Below, in pieces: positions 53,161 to 64,000 of a stretch of 64,000 nt of DNA. The position numbers and the translations under genes were made by a program. The notes beneath the pieces were generated by a model. That model did not search any database. It was not told the origin of the DNA and saw nothing but the letters and a program-made list of their open reading frames with translations. The number at the start of each line of letters is the position of its first letter. The stretch's first letter is position 1. The DNA comes from Octopus sinensis (taxonomy: Eukaryota), in NCBI RefSeq assembly GCF_006345805.1, contig NC_042999.1, forward strand, positions 47,430,001 through 47,494,000, written 5' to 3'.

Positions 53161-56100
53161 CCATAGCGTTACTTATAGATTACAAACATAACTAAGTGTG
53201 CCGTTAATTATGGTATAAATTTATTATTTCGGTAGAGAAATCGCAAGCTTCGAAGCAGTTGGCTATAAATATATTCTATGCTGAACAGTAAAAGAAATAT
53301 TTACATCTGCTCTGCAGTTAACCAAGTACATTCTTTTTTTCTCAGCCAACTATAGGTTTTGCTGCATTTGTTGTCAGTGTAAATTATAATACCAAAGTAC
53401 CGAATATTCCATATTTGGTATTTATGAATATAATTATTAACATAAATACTCTGGCTACGGAGTGTGTTGTAGCGATATTGCTTTAGCAATACCCTCTTAT
53501 AGTATGGAAAAATAATTTTATAGTTACGCATCTGAGTAGTAAATGAATATATACGCAATGATTTATGTGTCCCTAATCGACATTTTTATTGGATTTTTGC
53601 CATTTAAGTAATTTGAAATATGTTTTATTTATCAAGAATTTATAGTAGTGCCTAGACTTGAAGAGAAGCTTCTCTTCATCTCTCTATTGTCACAATTTCT
53701 ATACTTCTGAGAAAAATTCCATTCTCAGACATAATATTTCATTAACAAGTAGAGCATTTCAAAAAGCGTTCTTGATATTTTTCATTTATCCAGAACGTTG
53801 ACACAAGTTTTTAAAGGAGAATCGTTAATTTCTTCAGTTACAATACATAAATAAAAACAATTTATCAAATTACGTCTAACCACAATTTTCACGGATTCTA
53901 CAGTAAAATAATTAATGAAACCATTTAAACTCCCAAATATGATTTCATATTAATCGTGTCTCTGGTGCGTCAACTTATTTTAAAGTAGCGGAATGCATTG
54001 TCTCGTTTCTTTTATGTTGCTTTGCTTTTTACTTGTCACTGTTGATTTTATTAAGTTTAATCAATTATTTTTTCAAGAGGGTTAATTTACGTCGATATTA
54101 GAAAAAATAGGAAAAATAAACGGTTTCCTCGCATTAACTGCGTAGGCACATATTTCTCTAGTCAGAAAAACTTTTCATTCAATCAAGTATATCTTACCAA
54201 TTAACAATATCGCGAGATATAAACATGCCGTTTATAAATTTAGAAAGTAATACAACTTTCGTAAGAGGGGACGACTATATTCACCGGTTAATATTTCTAT
54301 ATTTCCTGACTAAAACAGGCCGTCCAGTTTTTGGTTCATTCATGCGCTACCTCTACCCGTCCACGTTACACAGCAGTATGAAGTTATCTGAATATACCAG
54401 AATATTCTTGAACAAGGGTTGCTGTGTAAAATCTCTGTGTATATCGAGTATGAGAAACATGAATCATTATGAATACAAATGTTCGGCACTTATGTTGCCG
54501 TATTTATCATGTCTCTTAAACTCTAACGCTAACCTTAATCCCAAAGTTCTGTGATTTATATATGCCCAAAAATATTACACCTACCACCAAAAGTATTTAG
54601 CAATGATTTAGATTAAGTATTGATTTCTAAGCTACACAGATAATCCGCATATTTTTTTTTCGAATGTATACTCAATTATATCAAGCCTTACGACTTAGTC
54701 GATCTTACCTACGTCGTCAAACCCGGAAAATTGTACAATAAATTTTTAACATAGACTAGATTTGAAGTTAGAAGTAAAAGAGATAGAACTAAATAATTTG
54801 TAGCGTTCTGAGGGACCTTTAACGGTTCTACCATTACATAACGTCGCTTAAAGTAATATCGGTAATATATCAGAAAGTCTATGTCAGGTAGATGTAATAA
54901 TCTCTTCTTACGAACAGTATATGGCCTTCTAATTCTATAAACCAAATATTAATATCACTCGATATCAAGTTAAATGTACCATATTTATTTTTTGAAAAAA
55001 ATGGTGCAAATACGTTTTCCCATATATAATTGACAATATTTCCATCTCTGGTGCCAAAGAAATATTATATAATATTATAAACTGATTATGTAACAGAGTT
55101 AAATATAAATTAAATTAAGATCCATACAAATCTCCAGATATTTATTTTAAATTTCGTTTTTTACTTTATTCTCTCATTTTTTTCTGCTGAATTAGTTTCT
55201 GATATTCCGCGACGAATGAGGAACAGAATTACAAATGCAGCTTTATATTATAGAATATAATTTGATTTGGAATTTGAGGGAATTATTCAGTGATTGAGAA
55301 ATCGGCTTACTCATCAGATACTTTTATGTGGCTTTCTGTCATCTATGAAAGAAATTCTAGTAGGTGTAGATTTGACTAAATTTTTAAAGATTTGTTCATA
55401 TTTGATTGAGAGTAAGCAGGCACGATGAATTCTATGAAGGCACAAACATGCACATATCTTGTGATTCACACATATATCTGCCAAGCACAGACGCACACAC
55501 ATATAGGCATACATGAGTTTATGTCAGCTATTTTGTAATCCATTTTCATCTTCCATACAAGATTCAAACATCAAATATCACTTTCAAGGTTTATCTATTT
55601 CATTAATATTCCATTTTATTGCTAGCCACATATTGGATTTATGTGCTGTAACGTTTGGAAATAACTGCAGAGAATTTATATTATCATTAGTTTTCAGGGT
55701 CTTCCCTACCTCATCATTTGAAATAGAAGAAATAAAAATATATAAATGAATAATTATGAAATGACACAAGCCACCTCCTAAAAAAAAATACTGCACACTT
55801 ATGTAATTTTTTATAATCGACTACACATCAAAGGTAATGAGAATTCTACTTTTGAATATATTGCAAATCACCCACTCATTTATCTTTGGGAAAAAGTTTT
55901 AAAATTGTATTTAAGGCAAATTTATTTTGAAAATTTTTAAATGGCTTAGTCAACAAAATAATGCCATTATCCATAATATTTGCCAGGGATAGCCAGACTA
56001 AGAGTGACAACTGTTTACAAGGCTGAACTCCAAAGATTGTAGTCAAGGACCAAGTGGTGACGTTAAACGGAACCTCAAATTACATAAGCCAATATCAAAT

Positions 56101-56403
56101 CATTTATTTCAAGGGGCTTCAACAGTCACTGCCATCAAATCTTCACACTCAGGAATGTCGCTGATCAACTTTCCAGACTCACGCACACACATACGTATAC
56201 ACGCATACACAGGCAGGGTGTTTAAAGTAGAAACTTGGAGTGTCATTTGCAATGTCCAAGCCAGAAAAGGCTACAATATATTACCTAATAAATTGATATG
56301 CTACTTCAGCAAATATTTACTAAAGCGAATATTGCAACCTGCAAGCTAATCTCTCTCTCTCTCTGAATTCTGAAAGCACGCATATATATATATATATATA
56401 TAT

Positions 56404-56613
56404 ATTCAAAATGTGACCGCGTGTGTACCATTGGCGATTTTTTCCTCCGTCTTCCCTTCTTTGGATCTTTCCTTTTCCTATGTTTCTGACGAAGAGTTCC
56501 GCTCGAAACGTTAAACCCTCCTTCTTTCTTTCTTTCCTGAGCGTCCAATAACACTGTACTTGTTCCACGTCCTCGCGTTGTTGTGTTTTCTCTCTGTGTT
56601 TTCATGTCTGGAG

Positions 56614-56615
<2 letters not shown>
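56404..56615 (+). mobile_element. Solo pLTR-like element in (TA)n
   Basis: Pyrimidine-rich strand, internal hammerhead motif, (TA)n on both sides; partial second copy at 60850-60903. Confidence 0.7.
56482..56516 (+). ncRNA. Minimal type I hammerhead ribozyme (predicted, dimer type)
   Basis: Stem I GTTT/AAAC; CTGACGA; extra A; stem II GAG/CTC; GAAA; loopless palindromic ACGT stem III; GTT triplet. Confidence 0.6.
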
Positions 56616-56673
<58 letters not shown>

Positions 56674-57659
56674 TATATCATGAAACTAATAGCATGAATT
56701 TCGTTTCTTTTTTTCTCTATAACTGTGGGTAACATATCAGCAATCTTTTGCGTGATTGTCTAGATATCAAAAGATATAAGTTAAAACGTATAATAACACT
56801 GCGTAACAACACTTTTCCTTGGTCAGTAAGTGTTATTTCTAATTCGCTTCTATCTAGAAATCAAAGGAAACGACTACTTTCACTTTCCAGGTCTTCTTTT
56901 GTGACCTACCCCTTGATGTTTTGAAACTGACAAAATTTCCATTACATTTCAGACAGAATCAGAGCTGAGTTACTGAAATAGAATTGTTTAGAACTTTTCA
57001 GAAGTTTCAAGAATTTTTACAAGGTACTGGCAACATACATAGCAGTATAGAAACCGGCATCGTAAGCACAAACAGTTCAGTTTACTTCTAGCTGTCCACG
57101 TGAGCACAAGTTTGACGAAAGCAAAGTTTGAAAGAAAGTTTAGTCATTTTTCATACTTTCTAAGCGCAAGGAAACAGTAAATAATAGTTGTTACTGAAGG
57201 ACAAAAAAAAAAAAAAAGCATGTTACACAGTATAATGTAGACACTAAATCGAGATTACAATATTTTTTTATAGGATAGCTAGCGATATTCTCTGCTACAT
57301 CATAGTTTATAGAAAAATGCAATATGAAATAATATCGTACGAGTATAGTCTACATATATGTCGATAATAACGAGACTATTTGGACGCAGGGAAGTCTATT
57401 TAACCTATAGATGCGACTCTGATAGGTACTGTCAACTAAGATTGGAACTGACTTGAGAGTAATAGTAATTAAGGGAGTATCGTGTTCCACAGAACTCCAG
57501 AACACCCGAACTGGAATCTTAAAAGTCATTTTGTATATTTGTATGTGAATGTGAATGTTTGGGAGTGTTTATGGTGATGAGTGGGTGAAATATTTATGTC
57601 TTGAGAGTATCTATCTATCTATCTATCTATCTATACACACACACACACACACACCACAC

Positions 57660-57740
<81 letters not shown>

Positions 57741-58088
57741 ACTTGCAAACAAATGTGGTAACATGTAACAATATTGACCGAGGCTACCGTGGTCTTTTCC
57801 GTAGGCGTTTCTTCCCACGGATAAACCTTATCTGCTTCCCCCTTTACACCTTACATCATGACAATGTGATACACGATCCCTATTGATCGTTTTTTTCTTC
57901 TTCTTTTTTCTTTTTCTTTTCTTTTGTTTCTCTTCCTTTCTTTCTCTTTTTTTCTTCTTTCTCTTTTCCGATCCCTTTTGATCGAAAACCTACCACACCT
58001 TTTTTTTCCCAAAAAAAGAAAACCTTTACTTTGTAGTCTGTTCCGTCTGTGTGCAGCCCTTTGTGACTAATAAAGAAACACACATACA

Positions 58089-58175
<87 letters not shown>

Positions 58176-58211
58176 CATACATACATACATACATACATAC
58201 ATACATACATA

Positions 58212-59449
58212 CATTTGTGTCGTCGCTGGTCACGAAATTTTCAGTGAGCTCTCACTTTACATGTTCTGCTCAGAATCTGTCCGATAATAGTTCTCATTCG
58301 TGTGTGTATGTATGTTTCCATGTCTCTATGTAGTTGTTTATTTGCTCAGAAGAGGATAGAGTTACAGTAAATGAAGAATTTTTGAGATTGCGCGAGTGCG
58401 TGTGTATGTGTATCTGTGTGTGAGTGAATATATGCGTGTAGTAAACAAAAATTGGCCATGAGGACTGACTTCAACATGGAGAAGAAATAATATGAATGTA
58501 TACAGCACACCATTAAAATTGATAACTTGAATGAATGAAGTTATTTCAGCATCGAGAATAGTAAAAACATTAGGAGTGCCAATTGCAACGCAATAACATA
58601 GATGTGGCGTAGGCATATGGGTTAGTAGATACGGTACTTCACAGAAGAACGTAAGATTTTAGTTTGAGTCCTGGGCCACGCGACGCTTTGTGTTCTTGAG
58701 GAAAACACTTCATATTACTCCTGTGCATTCAGATAGCAAAAATATGTAATCCTCCGTCGGACCGGCATTCCGTCCAGGGATGGAGGATTCCTGCCACAGA
58801 ATCCACGGCAGAGACCTTATGAGCCTATGCCCTAGAAAGAATATTCGTTCCTTCTTCTTTGGATTAGAATTGGGAGTATACCCACCTCATGAACAATTCT
58901 CCAGCATTAAAATGTCAGTAAGGACATAGCATGTTACAAACCCTCTGGAGACATGTGACTATGCCACAGTAAGAAGTAATAGCAAAGCTTTGTCCTCGTT
59001 GACTCCGCCCAAATGTGACACGGAAGAACATAAGAAAATAAGTCAATAGATTTCATGATGCGTATAATAATATTTTCTTATTGTTCTCGTTAAGATGTAA
59101 ATCCAAAAATATCTTTATTATTGTTGTTAGCCAGTTAGTTAAATATTTAACCAAGTAACTAACTCATCTTCATTTGTGCATTTTTTCTGTTAATTATGCA
59201 AATTAAGCAAGTCAATGAGTACTGTCTAATTTATTTGCCTGCGAAATATATACAGAATGACAATCGAGAAAACGATTGCTCCATAAGGAATTATAAGGCA
59301 TGTGTATATTCATGCAGATATATGTGTGCGCATTTGTGTGTACTGTCATATATCTATATATCTGCGTATATATACGCAATATACAGAGAGGGATAGAAGC
59401 ATAAGCACGCATACACACACTAGAAGACACGGACTTATGGATTGTACCG

Positions 59450-59503
<54 letters not shown>

Positions 59504-60775
59504 CATACATACATACATACATACATACTACATACATACATTTGTGTCGTCGCTGGTCACGAAATTTTCAGTGAGCTCTCACTTTACATGTTCTGCTCAG
59601 AATCTGTCCGATAATAGTTCTCATTCGTGTGTGTATGTATGTTTCCATGTCTCTATGTAGTTGTTTATTTGCTCAGAAGAGGATAGAGTTACAGTAAATG
59701 AAGAATTTTTGAGATTGCGCGAGTGCGTGTGTATGTGTATCTGTGTGTGAGTGAATATATGCGTGTAGTAAACAAAAATTGGCCATGAGGACTGACTTCA
59801 ACATGGAGAAGAAATAATATGAATGTATACAGCACACCATTAAAATTGATAACTTGAATGAATGAAGTTATTTCAGCATCGAGAATAGTAAAAACATTAG
59901 GAGTGCCAATTGCAACGCAATAACATAGATGTGGCGTAGGCATATGGGTTAGTAGATACGGTACTTCACAGAAGAACGTAAGATTTTTAGTTTGAGTCCT
60001 GGGCCACGCGACGCTTTGTGTTCTTGAGGAAAACACTTCATATTACTCCTGTGCATTCAGATAGCAAAAATATGTAATCCTCCGTCGGACCGGCATTCCG
60101 TCCAGGGATGGAGGATTCCTGCCACAGAATCCACGGCAGAGACCTTATGAGCCTATGCCCTAGAAAGAATATTCGTTCCTTCTTCTTTGGATTAGAATTG
60201 GGAGTATACCCACCTCATGAACAATTCTCCAGCATTAAAATGTCAGTAAGGACATAGCATGTTACAAACCCTCTGGAGACATGTGACTATGCCACAGTAA
60301 GAAGTAATAGCAAAGCTTGTCCTCGTTGACTCCGCCCAAATGTGACACGGAAGAACATAAGAAAATAAGTCAATAGATTTCATGATGCGTATAATAATAT
60401 TTTCTTATTGTTCTCGTTAAGATGTAAATCCAAAAATATCTTTATTATTGTTGTTAGCCAGTTAGTTAAATATTTAACCAAGTAACTAACTCATCTTCAT
60501 TTGTGCATTTTTTCTGTTAATTATGCAAATTAAGCAAGTCAATGAGTACTGTCTAATTTATTTGCCTGCGAAATATATACAGAATGACAATCGAGAAAAC
60601 GATTGCTCCATAAGGAATTATAAGGCATGTGTATATTCATGCAGATATATGTGTGCGCATTTGTGTGTACTGTCATATATCTATATATCTGCGTATATAT
60701 ACGCAATATACAGAGAGGGATAGAAGCATAAGCACGCATACACACACTAGAAGACACGGACTTATGGATTGTACC

Positions 60776-60776
<1 letters not shown>
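58212..60776 (+). repeat. Tandem duplication, period 1327 bp (58212-59449 and 59539-60776)
   Basis: Constant 1327 offset at both ends; the only differences seen are two 1-nt T-run indels plus the microsatellite spacer. Confidence 0.95.
58612..58860 (+). mobile_element. Old tRNA-derived SINE with CORE-like and V-like segments (duplicated at about 59939-60187)
   Basis: TGTGTTCTTGAGGAAAACACTT and CCGTCGGACCGGCATTCCGTCCAGGG motifs. Confidence 0.55.
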
Positions 60777-60846
<70 letters not shown>

Positions 60847-60849
60847 GTT

Positions 60850-60903
60850 AATCCAAACAAGAAAGCACAAAAAAAACACAACAACGCGAGGACGTGGAAT
60901 AAC
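60850..60903 (-). mobile_element. Fragment of the 56404-56615 element next to (TA)n
   Basis: ACACAACAACGCGAGGACGTGGAA is the exact reverse complement of about 56562-56585. Confidence 0.75.
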
Positions 60904-61075
60904 AAGAGTTTCACTGTAGAGGCTGCAGTCAACTACCAAAACGACAAAGTTTACGGCGGTACAACAGAACACATCCCAGAAACTGACAGAAATCGACTAG
61001 ATTCATGGTCTAGCCTGCTGTTGCTTCTGATGATTCGAAATCGTCTTTGGTGTCCGTTGAAGGTGTGATAAGTGT
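60903..61075 (+). mobile_element. Tc1/mariner (DD37D-like) transposase fragment
   Basis: KSFTVEAAVNYQNDKVYG resembles the DEKxFTV...NxQNDRVY region after the first catalytic D. Confidence 0.55.
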
Positions 61076-61670
61076 GCTTAACAGTAAATGTTGCAGTCAG
61101 ATGTGTTGTTCTGCTATCAGTCACATTTCAAATTCTTTGTGTCTTCTCTCAAGTCGGAGATCAATCACTCAACCATTTTAACGCGGAACTGGTCTGAGAG
61201 ACGTTGCTTTTTGGCGAGTCCATTTTATTGCTATATAGGCCACACTGTAAGGTAAACTACCACAGATTGCATATTTATAAGTGTCAAAACTGAAAATTTC
61301 CCTTCGTGTGTCGTTTGAACGAAGCTGTATTTACAAGTCATGCACATTAATTGTGGAAAGATTCAGAGCTATAGTGAGAGTAAATATTTGGTCTTTTGAA
61401 TTACAAAAGTAAAGCTTTGTAAAAAGATATTACAGCCAATCTGTAAACATTCATTCAACACAAAACATCTATTTTATGATAAAATGAATACATGATAAAT
61501 ATATAGGCCTAATCCAGTATATATCTGTCTGACAGTCTCAGTCTCTCTCCCCGTAATCTATCGATCTAGCTATCTGTCCGTCGGCCTATATCTCTGTCTG
61601 TCTGTCTGTCTGTCTGTCTTTGACTCTGTCTGGCTTTCTGTCAGTCAGCCTTTCGCTTTGTCCCTCAATC

Positions 61671-61736
<66 letters not shown>

Positions 61737-62743
61737 CAGTGAGAGAGACGGAAAGATATAGATAGAAAGATAGATGGATACGCGTGGGTGTCTGAGTCTA
61801 TGTGTACGCTTGCGTGTATGTGTGTGTGAGGGTAGGTATGCGAGATTCATTCTGTACATATATGAATATTTCGTTTCCTTTCTCGTGTAAGCATATAGAA
61901 AACATCGATTTCTTTTAAAATTTATAATTTTTCATGTAGCTCTTTCGAACTTTGGTATCTGTACACCATGCGCTAGGCTAAACACCCATCACTGGCACCT
62001 CGTTGCTCCTTGACACATTACTTTTCAATAGTATGAAGACTTGTAAAAATATAACTAACAAGATGTTTAGATATGTACACGCACATACAAAGACATCCAC
62101 ACAGCCACACACACATATACACATCGCACATGTATATATATATATATGTGTGTGTGTGGGTGTTTGTGTGTATGTATATATTTGGCAATATATATATATA
62201 TATATATATAATATATATATATATAGATATATATATATTCATATTTATAGTTAAATATGCGTCTCTGCATATATCCACATGTACATATACATGTATATAT
62301 ATATATATATGCATATATATTATGTGTATGTGTGTGTGACAGTATATATAGCATACTAATCATTTCATTGATTTTGTTATTGTAGCCATGCGTCATACAT
62401 TTATTCTAGTTTTCTATTTACAATTTTTCAGACCTTTCTTTTCTTTGTGTTACTTTGACTGCCCACCCATAAATATCTTTCCTATAAAGGTCATGTTTTG
62501 CTTTTCAGAAACCACTTACGCCAAAGAGATTTGTCTCAGAAGTAAAATCATTAATTAAGATATAATTCTGTATTTTATACGTTTACATCTGGTGTCTATA
62601 CACACAGCTTAATTACAGCAGCTGTACGTGGGTTGTATCTAATTTCTTTTGAAATCTGCCGTAAGTTCTCGTAAACAGTGAAGTAGTTATACATATGTAC
62701 GTGCGTATACATACACACACACACGCACACACACACATGCGCG

Positions 62744-62774
<31 letters not shown>

Positions 62775-62816
62775 GTATATATATATATATATTTACTTAC
62801 ATGCATACGCACAGAT

Positions 62817-62848
<32 letters not shown>

Positions 62849-62856
62849 CGTGTGTA

Positions 62857-63575
62857 TGAAAAAAGCCGCTCCATACTATAATGCTGCATTAAAAAGACCC
62901 AACTTTAAGAGTAACATATACTACATTGAACCAAATATAAATAGACCAAGAAGACGCAGTTTAACCTACCTTATGACATGATGTAACTACTAACATAACC
63001 AGCTAATTCTTAAAATTAATAGAAAAAACCGCTTTCCCCATCCACACAAAATCCACAAGACCTTCAACAGAAATTGTGTTAAACTTAGCTGTAGTTGCCT
63101 CCCTATTATAAGGTTAATAATTTTGAACCACAATAAATATAAACATACAAGAAACACTGAATGTCAATGCAACGTTAGATCCCCAAACCACTGCTCTCTA
63201 CATAATATCTGTCTCGAGAAAGCACATGTATATAAGGCCAAAATCGCGGACATCAACGGAGTAACAAATACGTATTTCGATATCACGGGCAACTCGTTCG
63301 AGGAAATGTATACTCAACACCTGGCATCATTCAAAGACAAAAAAGAGCATGCGACATTCCTGTCAAGTATGACATTGAATGAAGGGGCATAAGCAGCCCC
63401 AACATAAAATGGAAAATTATTGCAAAAGACTAAATATACAGGGGACGGGGTACCAGATGTGAACTCTGTGTTACTTAAAAACTAAACATTACGCAATCAA
63501 CAAATAGCATCCTAGACTTTAGGGTGAAACCGCCTCTCTCTGCATATACAAGCAATACTTCACACTCAAATACTT
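62857..63575 (+). mobile_element. Degenerate Penelope-like element C-terminus (RT thumb, Cys-rich linker, GIY-YIG endonuclease; Neptune-like)
   Basis: KAAPYYNAALK; FPHPHKIHKTFNRNCVKLSCSCLP; CQCNVRSPNHCSLHNICL; VYKA...YFDITGNSF...HLASF; NIKWKIIAK; ...RCELC; 5' end abuts (TA)n. Confidence 0.85.
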
Positions 63576-63859
63576 AAATGAAAGAGAAATACAAGAGGTA
63601 AATCATTCAAAAGATGACACCAAAGAGTAACGTCCCTTGATTCGTTGTTTAATCACGGAAGCTGGCAAGCATCGCCACGAACTACAAGGATTTCCCACAA
63701 TGGAGGCGAATAGCTTTCTGCATTTGATCGGCTTGAAAAATTGTTAAGGCTAGAGGCTATTTTCCTGTCTTTCTTAACATGAAACGAATGGTAGCCTTAA
63801 TTCGCAACAAAAGAAATTATATCCACCAAGCCGTGTTGAGCACTCATTTTCATCATTAC

Positions 63860-63934
<75 letters not shown>

Positions 63935-63950
63935 AATATATATATATATG

Positions 63951-63988
<38 letters not shown>

Positions 63989-64000
63989 TATATATATATA

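Overview
AT-rich, microsatellite-saturated animal genomic DNA with a 100-N scaffold gap at 15882-15981. The SINE families and gene structure point to a coleoid cephalopod, probably Octopus; this is inference, not a database hit. Only one host coding exon is recognisable: the first coding exon of a Cys-loop nicotinic acetylcholine receptor subunit (minus strand, 12523-12819). It ends in a phase-0 GTAAGT donor, and no downstream exon is visible in 1-12522. The rest is a transposon landscape: three CR1/L2-group LINE copies (two young), two R4/Dong-like restriction-endonuclease retrotransposon remnants, a Penelope-like GIY-YIG remnant, Tc1, mariner and DD37D remnants, several MITEs and at least four tRNA-derived SINE families. 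Highlights: (i) short elements embedded in (TA)n that carry type I hammerhead ribozyme folds, two of them as near-perfect palindromes with a hammerhead on each strand; (ii) a 3' end and stem-loop shared between the young LINE and a SINE family, nominating its mobilising partner; (iii) a 137-bp inverted templated insertion into a SINE, copied from about 4.2 kb away; (iv) a 1327-bp near-identical tandem duplication. All analysis was by eye, so boundaries of degenerate repeats are approximate.
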